This document shows positions 63,917 to 64,000 of a DNA stretch of 64,000 bases, one piece after another. A program made the position numbers and the translations under genes. Origin of the DNA: an uncultured virus (IMG/VR IMGVR_UViG_3300013005_004049) (lineage: Duplodnaviria; Heunggongvirae; Uroviricota; Caudoviricetes); the IMG/VR virus record IMGVR_UViG_3300013005_004049, positions 1 to 64,000 of that record; one strand, written 5' to 3'. The notes beneath the pieces were generated by a model, which searched no databases, was not told the DNA's origin, and saw only the letters and a program-made list of their open reading frames with translations. Position 1 is the stretch's first letter; every line of letters begins with the position of its first letter.

Positions 63917-64000
63917 TGAAAAAGATTTGCTTTTATAATCACTGGCACAACGGAGATGTTTTTAGTGGCAAAGGCTACATGCTAGACATCATGCAACAAC
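63916..64000 (+). CDS. Start of a glycosyltransferase-like gene (partial)
   Basis: MKKICFYNHWHNGDVF... runs off the window. Confidence 0.5.
   Translation, partial: MKKICFYNHWHNGDVFSGKGYMLDIMQQ

Noticed and set aside
1..64000. Alternative genetic code suggested by the TAA at 15251
   Set aside because: Standard-code ORFs tile the window and TAA, TAG and TGA all end well-recognised genes; only one interrupted gene was seen
1..64000. CRISPR array, tRNA, rRNA or tmRNA
   Set aside because: No repeat-spacer series or cloverleaf seen by eye, and intergenic gaps are short and largely explained; tRNAscan/Infernal were not run
1..64000. Bacterial chromosome origin (clpX, rpsU, iscU, nrdAB, rfbB, gmd)
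   Set aside because: These genes lack their usual bacterial operon partners and sit among T4-type helicase, primase, UvsW, fibre genes and TAAATA late promoters

Overview
64 kb of a large, T4-like (Caudoviricetes) phage genome in the standard genetic code, with densely packed genes mostly on the minus strand. The host is probably a proteobacterium; the bS21 C-terminus looks betaproteobacterial (inference). From left to right the window holds: (1) a surface-secretion module with an autotransporter-like adhesin that runs off the left edge, a FecR protein, a curlin-like protein, CsgG and CsgF; (2) an exonuclease, ClpS, Hsp20, ribosomal protein bS21 and ClpX; (3) virion/fibre genes; (4) a small plus-strand early island with two nucleases; (5) a SleB-type cell-wall hydrolase; (6) glutaredoxin, nrdB and nrdA; (7) a beta-helix fibre, a PD-(D/E)xK exonuclease, IscA and IscU; (8) a late cluster of probable capsid-internal proteins, including two Pol-beta/PolX-like nucleotidyltransferases and a KxDG ligase-like protein; (9) the replication module with helicase, primase, a 196-aa DnaE-like protein, a gp62-like subunit and UvsW, interleaved with tailoring enzymes; (10) early genes; (11) a large nucleotide-sugar/glycosylation cluster. 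Two promoter classes are readable by eye: sigma70-type TTGACN-17-TATAAT/TATACT (often leaderless) and T4-late-type TAAATA. The best leads are the possibly virion-packaged NTase/ligase trio, the mini-DnaE, a structured 3'-UTR RNA that displays an anti-Shine-Dalgarno loop, and the curli/FecR/autotransporter module. All family calls come from motif recognition by eye; no searches were run.
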